Shown here: one piece after another, positions 1-7,145 of the stretch | How the letters are laid out: each line of letters starts with the position of its first letter | Position numbering within the stretch: the first letter of the stretch is position 1 | Translations under genes and position numbers: made by a program | Assembly (NCBI GenBank): GCA_947491985.1 | Contig: CANLLR010000010.1 | Span: forward strand, 4,920-68,919 | DNA length: 64,000 nt | Reading direction: 5' to 3' | Source of the DNA: Flavobacteriaceae bacterium | GTDB taxonomy: Bacteria; Bacteroidota; Bacteroidia; Flavobacteriales; Flavobacteriaceae | Notes under the pieces: model-generated | Databases searched by the model: none | What the model was told of the DNA's origin: nothing | What the model saw: the letters and a program-made list of their open reading frames with translations, nothing else

Positions 1-200
1 TAGACATTAAAAAATAACCTTAAAAACCTATCTCTTTTATAAATTTTACTTTGCAGGTCTGAAACCTCGTTTAGTTCTCCTGTTTCAATATTTAGATAAG
101 TTTTATTATATTTTGGAAGTATTGGAGTTTGTCCTGTATTAACGCTCTTATTAGACCCTTCCGATAGGTATCTAATATTTCTCAATACCCATTCACTCAT
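1..200 (-). CDS. hypothetical protein, N-terminal 66 codons only (continues past window start)
   Basis: The minus-strand frame is open from ATG 200..198 to position 1 with no stop. Its ATG overlaps the TGA of the upstream 83-aa ORF (ATGA), which suggests translational coupling. It is absent from the ORF track because no stop lies in the window. Confidence 0.35.
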   Translation of the reverse strand, partial: MSEWVLRNIRYLSEGSNKSVNTGQTPILPKYNKTYLNIETGELNEVSDLQSKIYKRDRFLRLFFNV

Positions 201-448
201 AGCACTCTATTTTTCTCGATAAGTGTTAAAATTGAGTCCATCGAATAAAATTTCCTGCGACCAATTTTTGAAACCTCGATTGAATGAGTTCTTTCGAGGT
301 TTCTAAGTTGGTTGTCACAATAATCAAAATAGCGTAATACAGCATTTTTTGTTAACCATCCACCTAATACCAAACCATTATTTTCCATAGCCAATAATGA
401 CTTTTTAATGAGCAAAATTTCAACCATTAGTCTGTCCACTTCTTTCAT
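197..448 (-). CDS. small helix-turn-helix DNA-binding protein (excisionase/HTH_17-like)
   Basis: 83 aa. The C-terminal part (LTKNAVLRYFDYCDNQLRNLERTHSIEVSKIGRRKFY) has the layout of the small HTH proteins found on Bacteroidota integrated elements. It sits in tandem with a second such gene. Confidence 0.5.
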   Translation of the reverse strand: MKEVDRLMVEILLIKKSLLAMENNGLVLGGWLTKNAVLRYFDYCDNQLRNLERTHSIEVSKIGRRKFYSMDSILTLIEKNRVL

Positions 449-459
449 AGTAAATGGTT

Positions 460-657
460 TTAAAGGAATTTTGGTTTAATGGAGTTAATATTGGATTCGG
501 TTACAGTTTCGGCATATACCAATACCTTACGACCCATTTTAAAGGCTCTTATACGTCCGTTTTTTATTAATCTATCAACTGTTTTTATTGAGCATCGGAG
601 ATGCTTGGAGGTGTCTTTTTTATCCCAATAAGTAGGGGGTAGGTTGTACTTTTCCAT
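460..657 (-). CDS. helix-turn-helix excisionase-family DNA-binding protein
   Basis: 65 aa. KHLRCSIKTVDRLIKNGRIRAFKMGRKVLV matches the MerR/excisionase-type HTH_17 pattern. Confidence 0.6.
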   Translation of the reverse strand: MEKYNLPPTYWDKKDTSKHLRCSIKTVDRLIKNGRIRAFKMGRKVLVYAETVTESNINSIKPKFL

Positions 658-753
658 AATCTTTTATAGTTTAATTATGGGGTCAAATGTAAGTAGAGAA
701 AATTGTATGCTTAAAAAGTAATCGTTGAAGAAACTAACGATTTTATAGTTTTT

Positions 754-1560
754 CTAACGAAAAAAAAGAAGTTTTTTTTCTTCGTATTCTTTACACGCTC
801 TTTTAGGTATAACGTGTGTACTTTTGAGAGGATGTGGGAAAATAATTCGATATGGAGGCTTACCAAGTAACTGCTTAAAATGTTCGGGTTTAATGTCGTT
901 ATCTAAAAATTTATCACCTTTCATTTTAGTATATATGCAACTGTATTTTGTATGAAGAGATTTGCTTTTATAAAATTCTTGATTTAAGTAATTAAAAAAA
1001 TCAAATGCTTGTTTTGAAGTAAATGACTTTTTAAGATTGGTCTCACCCATTGAAGAGTCTAACAAAGAATTCTTTTTGGCTTCGTAAAAAACTTTAAGAT
1101 TTAATATTGAATTTGACAATAAATTTTCATCGACGATTGATAAAGCATCAATATTATACCTGATACATTCAAAACAAATGATGTCTATGATTTCTTGAAA
1201 TGTCTCTTTAAAAATTTTAACTACTTTAATTTTGTCTTCAACTTTTTCAACAATTTCTAATTCTTCCTCTTCACCTTCTTCATTTACCACTTTTACTAAT
1301 ATACCTACTTCCTCTTCTTCAAAAATAACAGAAAGATAATTGTGGTATATTTCAGAAATTGAAAAAAAATAATTTTTAATTAAATCACTCTTTTCCAACA
1401 ATGAAAGACCAAATAAATTATGTGAAATCTCCTCTCTAAAGTAATTGGTGCATACAAATAAATGTTCCACTAAATTATTAAAGTCATCATCTTTCCATTC
1501 TAATCTTTCAAAAATTAGATTGGGCATTTCTATAATTTTTAAAAATGCACTATGATTCAT
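754..1560 (-). CDS. hypothetical protein (268 aa, acidic central stretch)
   Basis: Long uninterrupted ORF that is visibly more AT-rich than its surroundings. I recognise no motif. It is the first gene after the tRNA-Arg terminator. Confidence 0.5.
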   Translation of the reverse strand: MNHSAFLKIIEMPNLIFERLEWKDDDFNNLVEHLFVCTNYFREEISHNLFGLSLLEKSDLIKNYFFSISEIYHNYLSVIFEEEEVGILVKVVNEEGEEEELEIVEKVEDKIKVVKIFKETFQEIIDIICFECIRYNIDALSIVDENLLSNSILNLKVFYEAKKNSLLDSSMGETNLKKSFTSKQAFDFFNYLNQEFYKSKSLHTKYSCIYTKMKGDKFLDNDIKPEHFKQLLGKPPYRIIFPHPLKSTHVIPKRACKEYEEKKLLFFR

Positions 1561-1621
1561 TTAATTTATTATATTGCAGTTAGTTATGATTATGGTCACA
1601 AAGTAGCCACACAAATATAAT

Positions 1622-1658
1622 AAAAAATCCCGAAACCTTGTATATCAAGTGTTTCGGG
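1622..1658 (-). terminator. intrinsic terminator downstream of tRNA-Arg
   Basis: An 8-bp GC-containing stem (CCCGAAAC 1629-1636 pairs with GTTTCGGG 1651-1658) has an inner extension. On the minus strand it is followed by a T run. Confidence 0.8.
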
Positions 1659-1668
1659 AAGTAAAGAG

Positions 1669-1742
1669 TGACCTCGACTGGATTCAAACCAGTAACCTCT
1701 TGAGCCGTAATCAAGTGCGCTATTCAGTTGCGCCACGAGGCC
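1669..1742 (-). tRNA. tRNA-Arg (anticodon ACG)
   Basis: The reverse complement is GGCCTCGTGGCGCAACTGAATAGCGCACTTGATTACGGCTCAAGAGGTTACTGGTTTGAATCCAGTCGAGGTCA. It folds as a 74-nt cloverleaf with a 7-bp acceptor stem, anticodon loop TTACGGC and no encoded CCA. The T loop is TTTGAAT and the D loop has a single G. Confidence 0.9.
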
Positions 1743-1755
1743 TTTTTTGTGGGTG

Positions 1756-1786
1756 CAAATATAGGAATATTTGTGTAACTTGCAAA
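1756..1786 (-). promoter_or_regulatory. Bacteroidota-type promoter for tRNA-Arg (-33 TTTG / -7 TATATTTG)
   Basis: On the minus strand, TTTG (1786..1783) is followed after 19 nt by TATATTTG (1763..1756), which lies 13 nt upstream of the mature tRNA 5' end. Confidence 0.5.
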
Positions 1787-1813
1787 TCAATTTTACGATA
1801 ATAGTTAAAAAAA

Positions 1814-2326
1814 ATGCCACTAAAACAATACATCCGTGATATTCAGGATTTTCCAAAACCCGGAATCTCTTTTAAAGATATTACGCCATTATTAATTGAT
1901 CCTATCGCCAGAAAAGAAACGCTTCAATTACTGCTATCGCAAATAAAAGATAAAAAAATTGATAAAGTAATAGGAGTGGAGAGTCGCGGGTTTTTCTTTG
2001 GAATTTTATTGGCTGAAGAACTCAATGTTGGCTTTATTCCGGTTCGAAAACCCAATAAATTACCGTATGAAACCATTTCGGCTTCTTACGATTTAGAATA
2101 TGGAACGGATACCTTAGAAATTCACATAGATGCCATCCAAAAAGGCGATAAAGTACTCATTCATGACGATGTTTTGGCAACAGGCGGAACCGCAAAAGCA
2201 GTTTGCGAATTGGTGACGCGTTTGGGAGGTGAAATTGTTCAAGTCAATTTTTTGATGGAACTTTCCTTTTTAAATGGAAGAGAAAAACTATCCAATACCG
2301 AAGTGTTTGCAGCCATTACGTATTAA
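1814..2326 (+). CDS. apt: adenine phosphoribosyltransferase
   Basis: 170 aa. The N-terminus is IRDIQDFPKPGISFKDITPLL and the PRPP loop is VLIHDDVLATGGT. Confidence 0.95.
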   Translation: MPLKQYIRDIQDFPKPGISFKDITPLLIDPIARKETLQLLLSQIKDKKIDKVIGVESRGFFFGILLAEELNVGFIPVRKPNKLPYETISASYDLEYGTDTLEIHIDAIQKGDKVLIHDDVLATGGTAKAVCELVTRLGGEIVQVNFLMELSFLNGREKLSNTEVFAAITY

Positions 2327-2463
2327 CCAAGTGCGCGTTTGGTAATATAATACCGATAACCAATTAGAGCCAATTGCCATTTTTTGGCTTTAGAAATGTC
2401 TAATTGTTGTCTGGTAAAACTGGGTAAAATGATTTTGTTTAATTTGGCGAGTAGTTTATACAT
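2323..2463 (-). CDS. small conserved-looking protein, 46 aa (not in ORF track)
   Basis: ATG 2463..2461 to TAA 2325..2323 encodes MYKLLAKLNKIILPSFTRQQLDISKAKKWQLALIGYRYYITKRALG. A TATATTTG -7 box lies 14 nt upstream (2485..2478). The 3' end overlaps the apt stop codon. Confidence 0.45.
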   Translation of the reverse strand: MYKLLAKLNKIILPSFTRQQLDISKAKKWQLALIGYRYYITKRALG

Positions 2464-2492
2464 GGTTTATTTTTTGGCAAATATATAAAAAT

Positions 2493-2520
2493 AAAAAATC
2501 CTGAGAATTTCAGGATTTTT
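2493..2520. terminator. bidirectional intrinsic terminator (serves the M56 gene on the minus strand)
   Basis: AAAAAATCCTGA gaatt TCAGGATTTTT is a perfect hairpin flanked by A and T runs. Confidence 0.75.
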
Positions 2521-2540
2521 GGGTTATTTACTTTCAATGA

Positions 2541-4493
2541 TTATTTTTTTGATTCTTTTTTTTGTTCGATTTTATTTTTTATTTCTTCTTTTCTTTGCTC
2601 GAGTTTAATTTTTCTTTCTTCTAGCTTCTTTTTTCTTTCTTCGATCACTTCTTTCGAATTTGAAGAATTTTCTTGAGCCTTTAATTCAATTTGCTTTTTA
2701 TTTTCATATTCATTCATCACTTTCATATAAATCTCATCGTTTTCTTCTAAATATTTTTTGCTTTTAAGTTCGATAACTCCGTTTTTGCCTTTTTCGCCAT
2801 ATTTTTTCGTAGCGTGAGAAGCGACAGTGTTACTTGATAAACCTATTGTTTTGGAATCTATTTTATCTAAATCTTCATAATTAATTTCTTTACCATTGAA
2901 GAAAATCAAAGCCTTTTTAGCGTCAACAAATTTGTCACGCTTGATTTTATCTATGTGACTGAAAGTTCCATCTTCTGAATATTCAGCCGCTACTTCTACT
3001 GCATACGCGGCCACTGAATTCGGCTTTTCACTTTCTTTTTTCGTAGTTATTTCATCCAAAGAAATTGTAGTTTTTGGTTCATCTGATATAGAGGAATTTC
3101 CTTTGAATATCAACATTTTTTTTCCGCTTTTTTCATCTTCATACGTTCCTATTTCACCGTTTAATTCAGCGATTTTATCTTTCATTTCCTCCTTAGTATA
3201 TTCTTTTCCATTGATGATGTAAATCATTTCATCAGTAGCTGATTTTTTGATTTCAACTGTACTTAAGGATTTTGCATCATTCCAATTTACGCTTACCGTA
3301 TTTTTAATTTCTTCAAAACCACAATCAGTATCATCATCCTTATCAGAATTAATAAAAATTTTAATAGTATCAATAGGTTCAGTTGATTTTCTTTCTAAAA
3401 TTCGATTGTAGGTTTTTCCAGAATCAAAAGAAAGTTTTATTCCAATTATTTCCCCTTCTTTATTTCGCTTAACTTTTGAAATTTTAAGTTTATATTTTTC
3501 ATCTGAAAAAGTCTTTTCCAATTCTCGCAACTCTTTATTGGTCGTATTTTTGGTTAGAATTGAAGAATAAGTTACTTCTGCAACAGCATAAGTTGCCACT
3601 TTTGAGTTTTGTTTTACTTGCGCCACCGTTTCAATTTGAAACAATAACATGAAACCTACTAATAGCGGAAGAATTGTAGCGTACTTCCAAGCGTTTTTTT
3701 TGTGTGATTGATTTGTGTGTAACATAACGATTCGTTTTTTGATTAATGATTGATAAAATTGATTAGTAATACTTAAGTTGTGTTGATGAGTCACCACTTT
3801 TAATAAAGTTTTTTGATATTCGTATTTGTTTTCTATTTGTTGAAAGGTTTCATTATCAGCTATAAATTCAAGATTTTGCAACATGGCTTTGCGGTATAAC
3901 CAAATGATTGGGTTAATCCAAAATAGCGCACAAAATAGTTTTCCGAACAACACATCAATAGAATGTTTTTGTTTAACATGAATACTTTCATGGGTTAAAA
4001 TATGTTGTAATTCAGCTTCCGAAAATAAATTCGGATTAATAACTATGTAATGAAAGAATGAAAATGGATTTTCTGTTGTATTGGAGTGAATTAATGTAAA
4101 ATCAGTTGCTTTTTGTTTGTGGTGCTTTCTAATTTTATTGTAAAATGAAGCCAATTCAACTCCTATTTTCAATATAATTATTATCGAAATTACAAGGTAA
4201 GCAGTTAGTACTATTAATGACCAATCTATTCGATTTTCTTGAAGGGGAACTGCTATTAAATCACTATTTACAGAAGTTGTATCTTGATAAAATTCAGCTA
4301 TAGGTGCTGGTTCCACCCAAATGGTTTTGGTAAAAGTGATTAAAGGTATAACCAATGATAAAAATAATCCGATTATAAAATACCATCTATTCGAAACAAA
4401 AAATGTTTCTTTTCGGAGGAATATAACATACATCAAGTAAAATAATATGATGAGTCCGTTTACTTTTGCAAAATAAATTAGTAGATTTTCCAT
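2541..4493 (-). CDS. BlaR1/MecR1-family M56 peptidase, membrane signal transducer
   Basis: 650 aa. It has N-terminal TM segments and an HExxH site (THESIHVKQKH). The long extracytoplasmic C-terminal part has repeated xNGKExxxE modules and a K/E-rich tail. I do not recognise a penicillin-binding sensor domain. Confidence 0.85.
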   Translation of the reverse strand: MENLLIYFAKVNGLIILFYLMYVIFLRKETFFVSNRWYFIIGLFLSLVIPLITFTKTIWVEPAPIAEFYQDTTSVNSDLIAVPLQENRIDWSLIVLTAYLVISIIIILKIGVELASFYNKIRKHHKQKATDFTLIHSNTTENPFSFFHYIVINPNLFSEAELQHILTHESIHVKQKHSIDVLFGKLFCALFWINPIIWLYRKAMLQNLEFIADNETFQQIENKYEYQKTLLKVVTHQHNLSITNQFYQSLIKKRIVMLHTNQSHKKNAWKYATILPLLVGFMLLFQIETVAQVKQNSKVATYAVAEVTYSSILTKNTTNKELRELEKTFSDEKYKLKISKVKRNKEGEIIGIKLSFDSGKTYNRILERKSTEPIDTIKIFINSDKDDDTDCGFEEIKNTVSVNWNDAKSLSTVEIKKSATDEMIYIINGKEYTKEEMKDKIAELNGEIGTYEDEKSGKKMLIFKGNSSISDEPKTTISLDEITTKKESEKPNSVAAYAVEVAAEYSEDGTFSHIDKIKRDKFVDAKKALIFFNGKEINYEDLDKIDSKTIGLSSNTVASHATKKYGEKGKNGVIELKSKKYLEENDEIYMKVMNEYENKKQIELKAQENSSNSKEVIEERKKKLEERKIKLEQRKEEIKNKIEQKKESKK

Positions 4494-4494
4494 A

Positions 4495-4854
4495 CTAGTT
4501 CTTTTTTTCGATTAAAGCTAAAATCTCGCGTAGTTCTTCAGCAGAAATTTTATCTTCTTCAGCAAAATAAGAAACTAAATTTTTGTATGAACTATTAAAA
4601 TAGTGATCAATAGCCGTACTCATAAATGTTTTTCGATACTCTTCCAATGCAATTATAGGATAATATTGGTGCGTGTTTCCATAAGCATTGTGACTCACAT
4701 ATCCTTTTTCTTCCAAGTTTCTAATGATGGTAGAAAGGGTGTTGTAATGCGGTTGGTCTTCACTTATTTCGGCCATGACATCTTTAACGAAGGCTTTTTT
4801 GAGTTTCCATAAAATATGCATTATTTCTTCTTCTTTGTTCGTTAGTTTTTGCAT
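4495..4854 (-). CDS. BlaI/MecI/CopY-family transcriptional repressor
   Basis: 119 aa winged-helix repressor, ending 1 nt before the M56 gene start. This is the classic repressor-sensor pair order. Confidence 0.9.
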   Translation of the reverse strand: MQKLTNKEEEIMHILWKLKKAFVKDVMAEISEDQPHYNTLSTIIRNLEEKGYVSHNAYGNTHQYYPIIALEEYRKTFMSTAIDHYFNSSYKNLVSYFAEEDKISAEELREILALIEKKN

Positions 4855-4928
4855 GATTTTTTTATTTTAATTCAGCTGATGAATTCGATAAATTGATTTA
4901 ATTTATATGTTTCTATTTTAAGACAATT

Positions 4929-4936
4929 CAAACTTA
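4929..4936 (-). promoter_or_regulatory. candidate -7 box (TAAGTTTG) for the blaI-like operon
   Basis: The minus strand matches TAnnTTTG immediately next to the operator repeats. Confidence 0.35.
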
Positions 4937-4937
4937 C

Positions 4938-4993
4938 AACTATATTTTTAGTTATAAAACTATTTTTATAGTTATTTAACTATTTTTTAAGTT
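4938..4993. promoter_or_regulatory. three tandem 20-bp-phased inverted-repeat operators (AACTA-N-TAGTT)
   Basis: The repeats are AACTATATTTTTAGTT (4938-4953), AAACTATTTTTATAGTT (4957-4973) and AACTATTTTTTAAGTT (4978-4993), starting every 20 bp. They lie between the divergent blaI-like gene and ORF 5033. Confidence 0.5.
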
Positions 4994-5019
4994 ACTTATG
5001 GTTTATAGCTGTAAACACT

Positions 5020-5027
5020 TACCTTTG
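5020..5027 (+). promoter_or_regulatory. -7 box TACCTTTG for ORF 5033 (near-leaderless)
   Basis: Exact TAnnTTTG ending 5 nt before the ATG at 5033. Confidence 0.4.
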
Positions 5028-5032
5028 TTACT

Positions 5033-5590
5033 ATGAATACAGCCTTTTACAATAAAAATAATTTTCACAATCACACTTTTTGTATTTTTAAAGAAGTGTC
5101 GATTCAAACTATCACAAACTTGAAGTTGCATTACAAAAGCAAATCGGGCAGTAGTTATTATTTTGTTGAAGAAGGCGTGTATCGTTTGTCCAATCATTGG
5201 GGAAGAGCCGCAAATTGCCGATGGCGATTAGTAACCACTACTACACAGCAAAAAGTCAATAATGACAGTCAAGCCAAACTCGGGTTTGCAAAATGGACCG
5301 ACTTTCATCGGGATAATGAAGTAGAAAAGTTGTATTTTATTGCAGCAAATTACGTAGAGCAAACGGTGCAGTTTTTCCATAAAGAAAATGAAAATTACAC
5401 TCCAACTGCCATTTTACGCACCGCCACCGAAACGGCAAAACACATCAAACAAATCCGCATATTGTTCCATGAAACGAGTTGGGCCAACTACCTTAAAGAA
5501 AGTAATATCGCCATTTTACGGAAAGAAATCATTCAAAAGTTAATCGAATCTGAAATTAGTTTTCAAGAAATTAGAAGAGAGTATTTGTAG
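5033..5590 (+). CDS. hypothetical protein (185 aa)
   Basis: Clean ORF with its own -7 box. It contains SNHWGRAANCRWRL. I recognise no family. Confidence 0.6.
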   Translation: MNTAFYNKNNFHNHTFCIFKEVSIQTITNLKLHYKSKSGSSYYFVEEGVYRLSNHWGRAANCRWRLVTTTTQQKVNNDSQAKLGFAKWTDFHRDNEVEKLYFIAANYVEQTVQFFHKENENYTPTAILRTATETAKHIKQIRILFHETSWANYLKESNIAILRKEIIQKLIESEISFQEIRREYL

Positions 5591-5593
5591 GTT

Positions 5594-5685
5594 TGAATTG
5601 TGAATTGTAAGTTATAAGTTATAAGTCTATTATCTATCCGTCTATTATCTATTATCTACAATCTATCATCTATTATCTATCATCT
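5594..5685. repeat. 13-unit heptad array (TGAATTG x2, TAAGTTA x2, TAAGTCT, then ATTATCT/ATCATCT-type units)
   Basis: Strict 7-bp periodicity read directly from the sequence, with one 8-mer unit. It fills the convergent spacer and runs into the MFS stop codon (5680-5682). Confidence 0.8.
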
Positions 5686-6903
5686 TCTCTGCTCCTCATC
5701 CACCAATCGTAACACCCAAAAACCCAAAACGGTTCCGATAACTCCAATCAATCCCATGAACGCCCAATTCATTTGGTAGCCATAAGCAGCAATGATTTCC
5801 ATGCCGACTTTCGCACTTAAAATGTGTGCCATACTAAAACTCATCGTAAAAATTGCCATGTAACGGCCTTCATGACCTTTTGGTGCGCGACTCAAAGCAA
5901 ACGAATTCGAAAATGGAAACGATAACATTTCGGCAAAGGTCATGAACAACATCATGATGACTAAAATACCCACCCACATATTGATTAACATTAAAAGCAA
6001 ACTGATTGCCATTAGCAAACACCCAATCGAAACAACTTTTACTTTGTTCAACTTGTTGCGTTCAACATAGCTCACAATTGGCATTTCTAAAAAGAAAATA
6101 ATGAGGCCATTCAGCGTCAACAATAATCCAGTTTGTAACTCTGATAAATTAAATTGCTCCTTATAATACAACGGCATCGTAGTAAAAAGTTGAAAAAATA
6201 AAATGCCCGTTATCAAACACGTGACTAGGAAAATCCAAAAGGGTTTGTCTTTAAAAACTGATGCTCTGTTCGATTCCAATAACTGTTTTTCCTCTTTGGA
6301 TTTCGCTTTTTCTTTCTTCTCTTTTACCAATAAAGCAAAAATTAAAATGGCTACAATACACGTCGCACCATCGGCCCAAAACAGACCTTTGTAGCCCATC
6401 GACATAATAATCAATCCGCCTAACGCTGGTCCGGTTGCGAATCCAAGATTAATCGCCAATCGAACTAAAGTCAACGCTCGGGTTCTGTTTTCGGGCTTCG
6501 CATACGCGCCAAGCGACACAAACATCGCAGGGCGAAACATATCGGCAACTACCATAATGGCAAACATGCTTACACACAAGCCTTCAAAACTGGTCACAAA
6601 TTGCAATCCAAAAAATAGCATACCGCTCACCAACAAACTAAAAATCATAATTTTATAAAATCCAATCTTGTCCGAAAGTTTACCGCCAAGCCAAGAACCA
6701 GTCATTGAACCCACACCAAACCAAACCATAATCCAACCTACTTGGCTGTACGAAAAATACAAATCCTCTTTCAAATATTTTGACAAAAAAGGCAACACCA
6801 TCGTTCCGGCACGATTGATAAACGTGATGAGCGTGAGTATCCAAATCTCTCTCGAAAATCCTTTGAAATTATTGATATAGCGTTGAAATCCCTCTTTTAA
6901 CAT
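5680..6903 (-). CDS. MFS transporter
   Basis: About 407 aa from the ATG at 6903 (the track start at 6924 is TTG). It has 12 hydrophobic segments and a central charged loop (KEKKEKAKSKEEK). Confidence 0.85.
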   Translation of the reverse strand: MLKEGFQRYINNFKGFSREIWILTLITFINRAGTMVLPFLSKYLKEDLYFSYSQVGWIMVWFGVGSMTGSWLGGKLSDKIGFYKIMIFSLLVSGMLFFGLQFVTSFEGLCVSMFAIMVVADMFRPAMFVSLGAYAKPENRTRALTLVRLAINLGFATGPALGGLIIMSMGYKGLFWADGATCIVAILIFALLVKEKKEKAKSKEEKQLLESNRASVFKDKPFWIFLVTCLITGILFFQLFTTMPLYYKEQFNLSELQTGLLLTLNGLIIFFLEMPIVSYVERNKLNKVKVVSIGCLLMAISLLLMLINMWVGILVIMMLFMTFAEMLSFPFSNSFALSRAPKGHEGRYMAIFTMSFSMAHILSAKVGMEIIAAYGYQMNWAFMGLIGVIGTVLGFWVLRLVDEEQRR

Positions 6904-6934
6904 GTGCGAAGTTGATTGATGCAAAGTTACAACG

Positions 6935-7058
6935 TTTTTTTGAAGCTTTTTCCAGCTATTCGTTACAATCTTTTAATTAGATGTTCTCCATACTCGCTTT
7001 TCAAGCGAAGGCGAACCTACTAAATTAAAAGGATTTTCACTACTATCTGGGCTAAACC
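6935..7058. repeat. dispersed imperfect-palindrome element, copy A
   Basis: It shares TTTTTTTGAAGC, TTCCAGCTATTCGTTnCAATCTTTT, AAAAGGATTTnCACTnCT and CTGGGCTAAA blocks, in the same order, with 37757-37916. Confidence 0.6.
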
Positions 7059-7145
7059 AATCTCCAAGTGATAGTATAAATTTAAAAGTCAATGAAAATT
7101 TGTAAACTCGATGAAATATGGATTATTTTTGTTAAAAATAAGGCA

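Noticed and set aside
720-742. Hairpin AATCGTT..AACGATT after the 268-aa ORF as a terminator
   Set aside because: The 7-bp stem has only two G-C pairs and a poor T run, which is too weak to call.
1596-1856. 86-aa minus-strand ORF from the track
   Set aside because: It is the translation of tRNA-Arg, its terminator and promoter. The region is fully explained by the RNA gene.
5003-5197. 64-aa minus-strand ORF across the 5033 promoter and 5' end
   Set aside because: It overlaps the better-supported plus-strand gene and its -7 box. No motif was found.
5594-5685. Possibility that the periodic arrays are CRISPR arrays
   Set aside because: The units are 7 bp and contiguous, with no unique spacers, and there are no cas genes in the window. 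This is a microsatellite-type organisation, not CRISPR.
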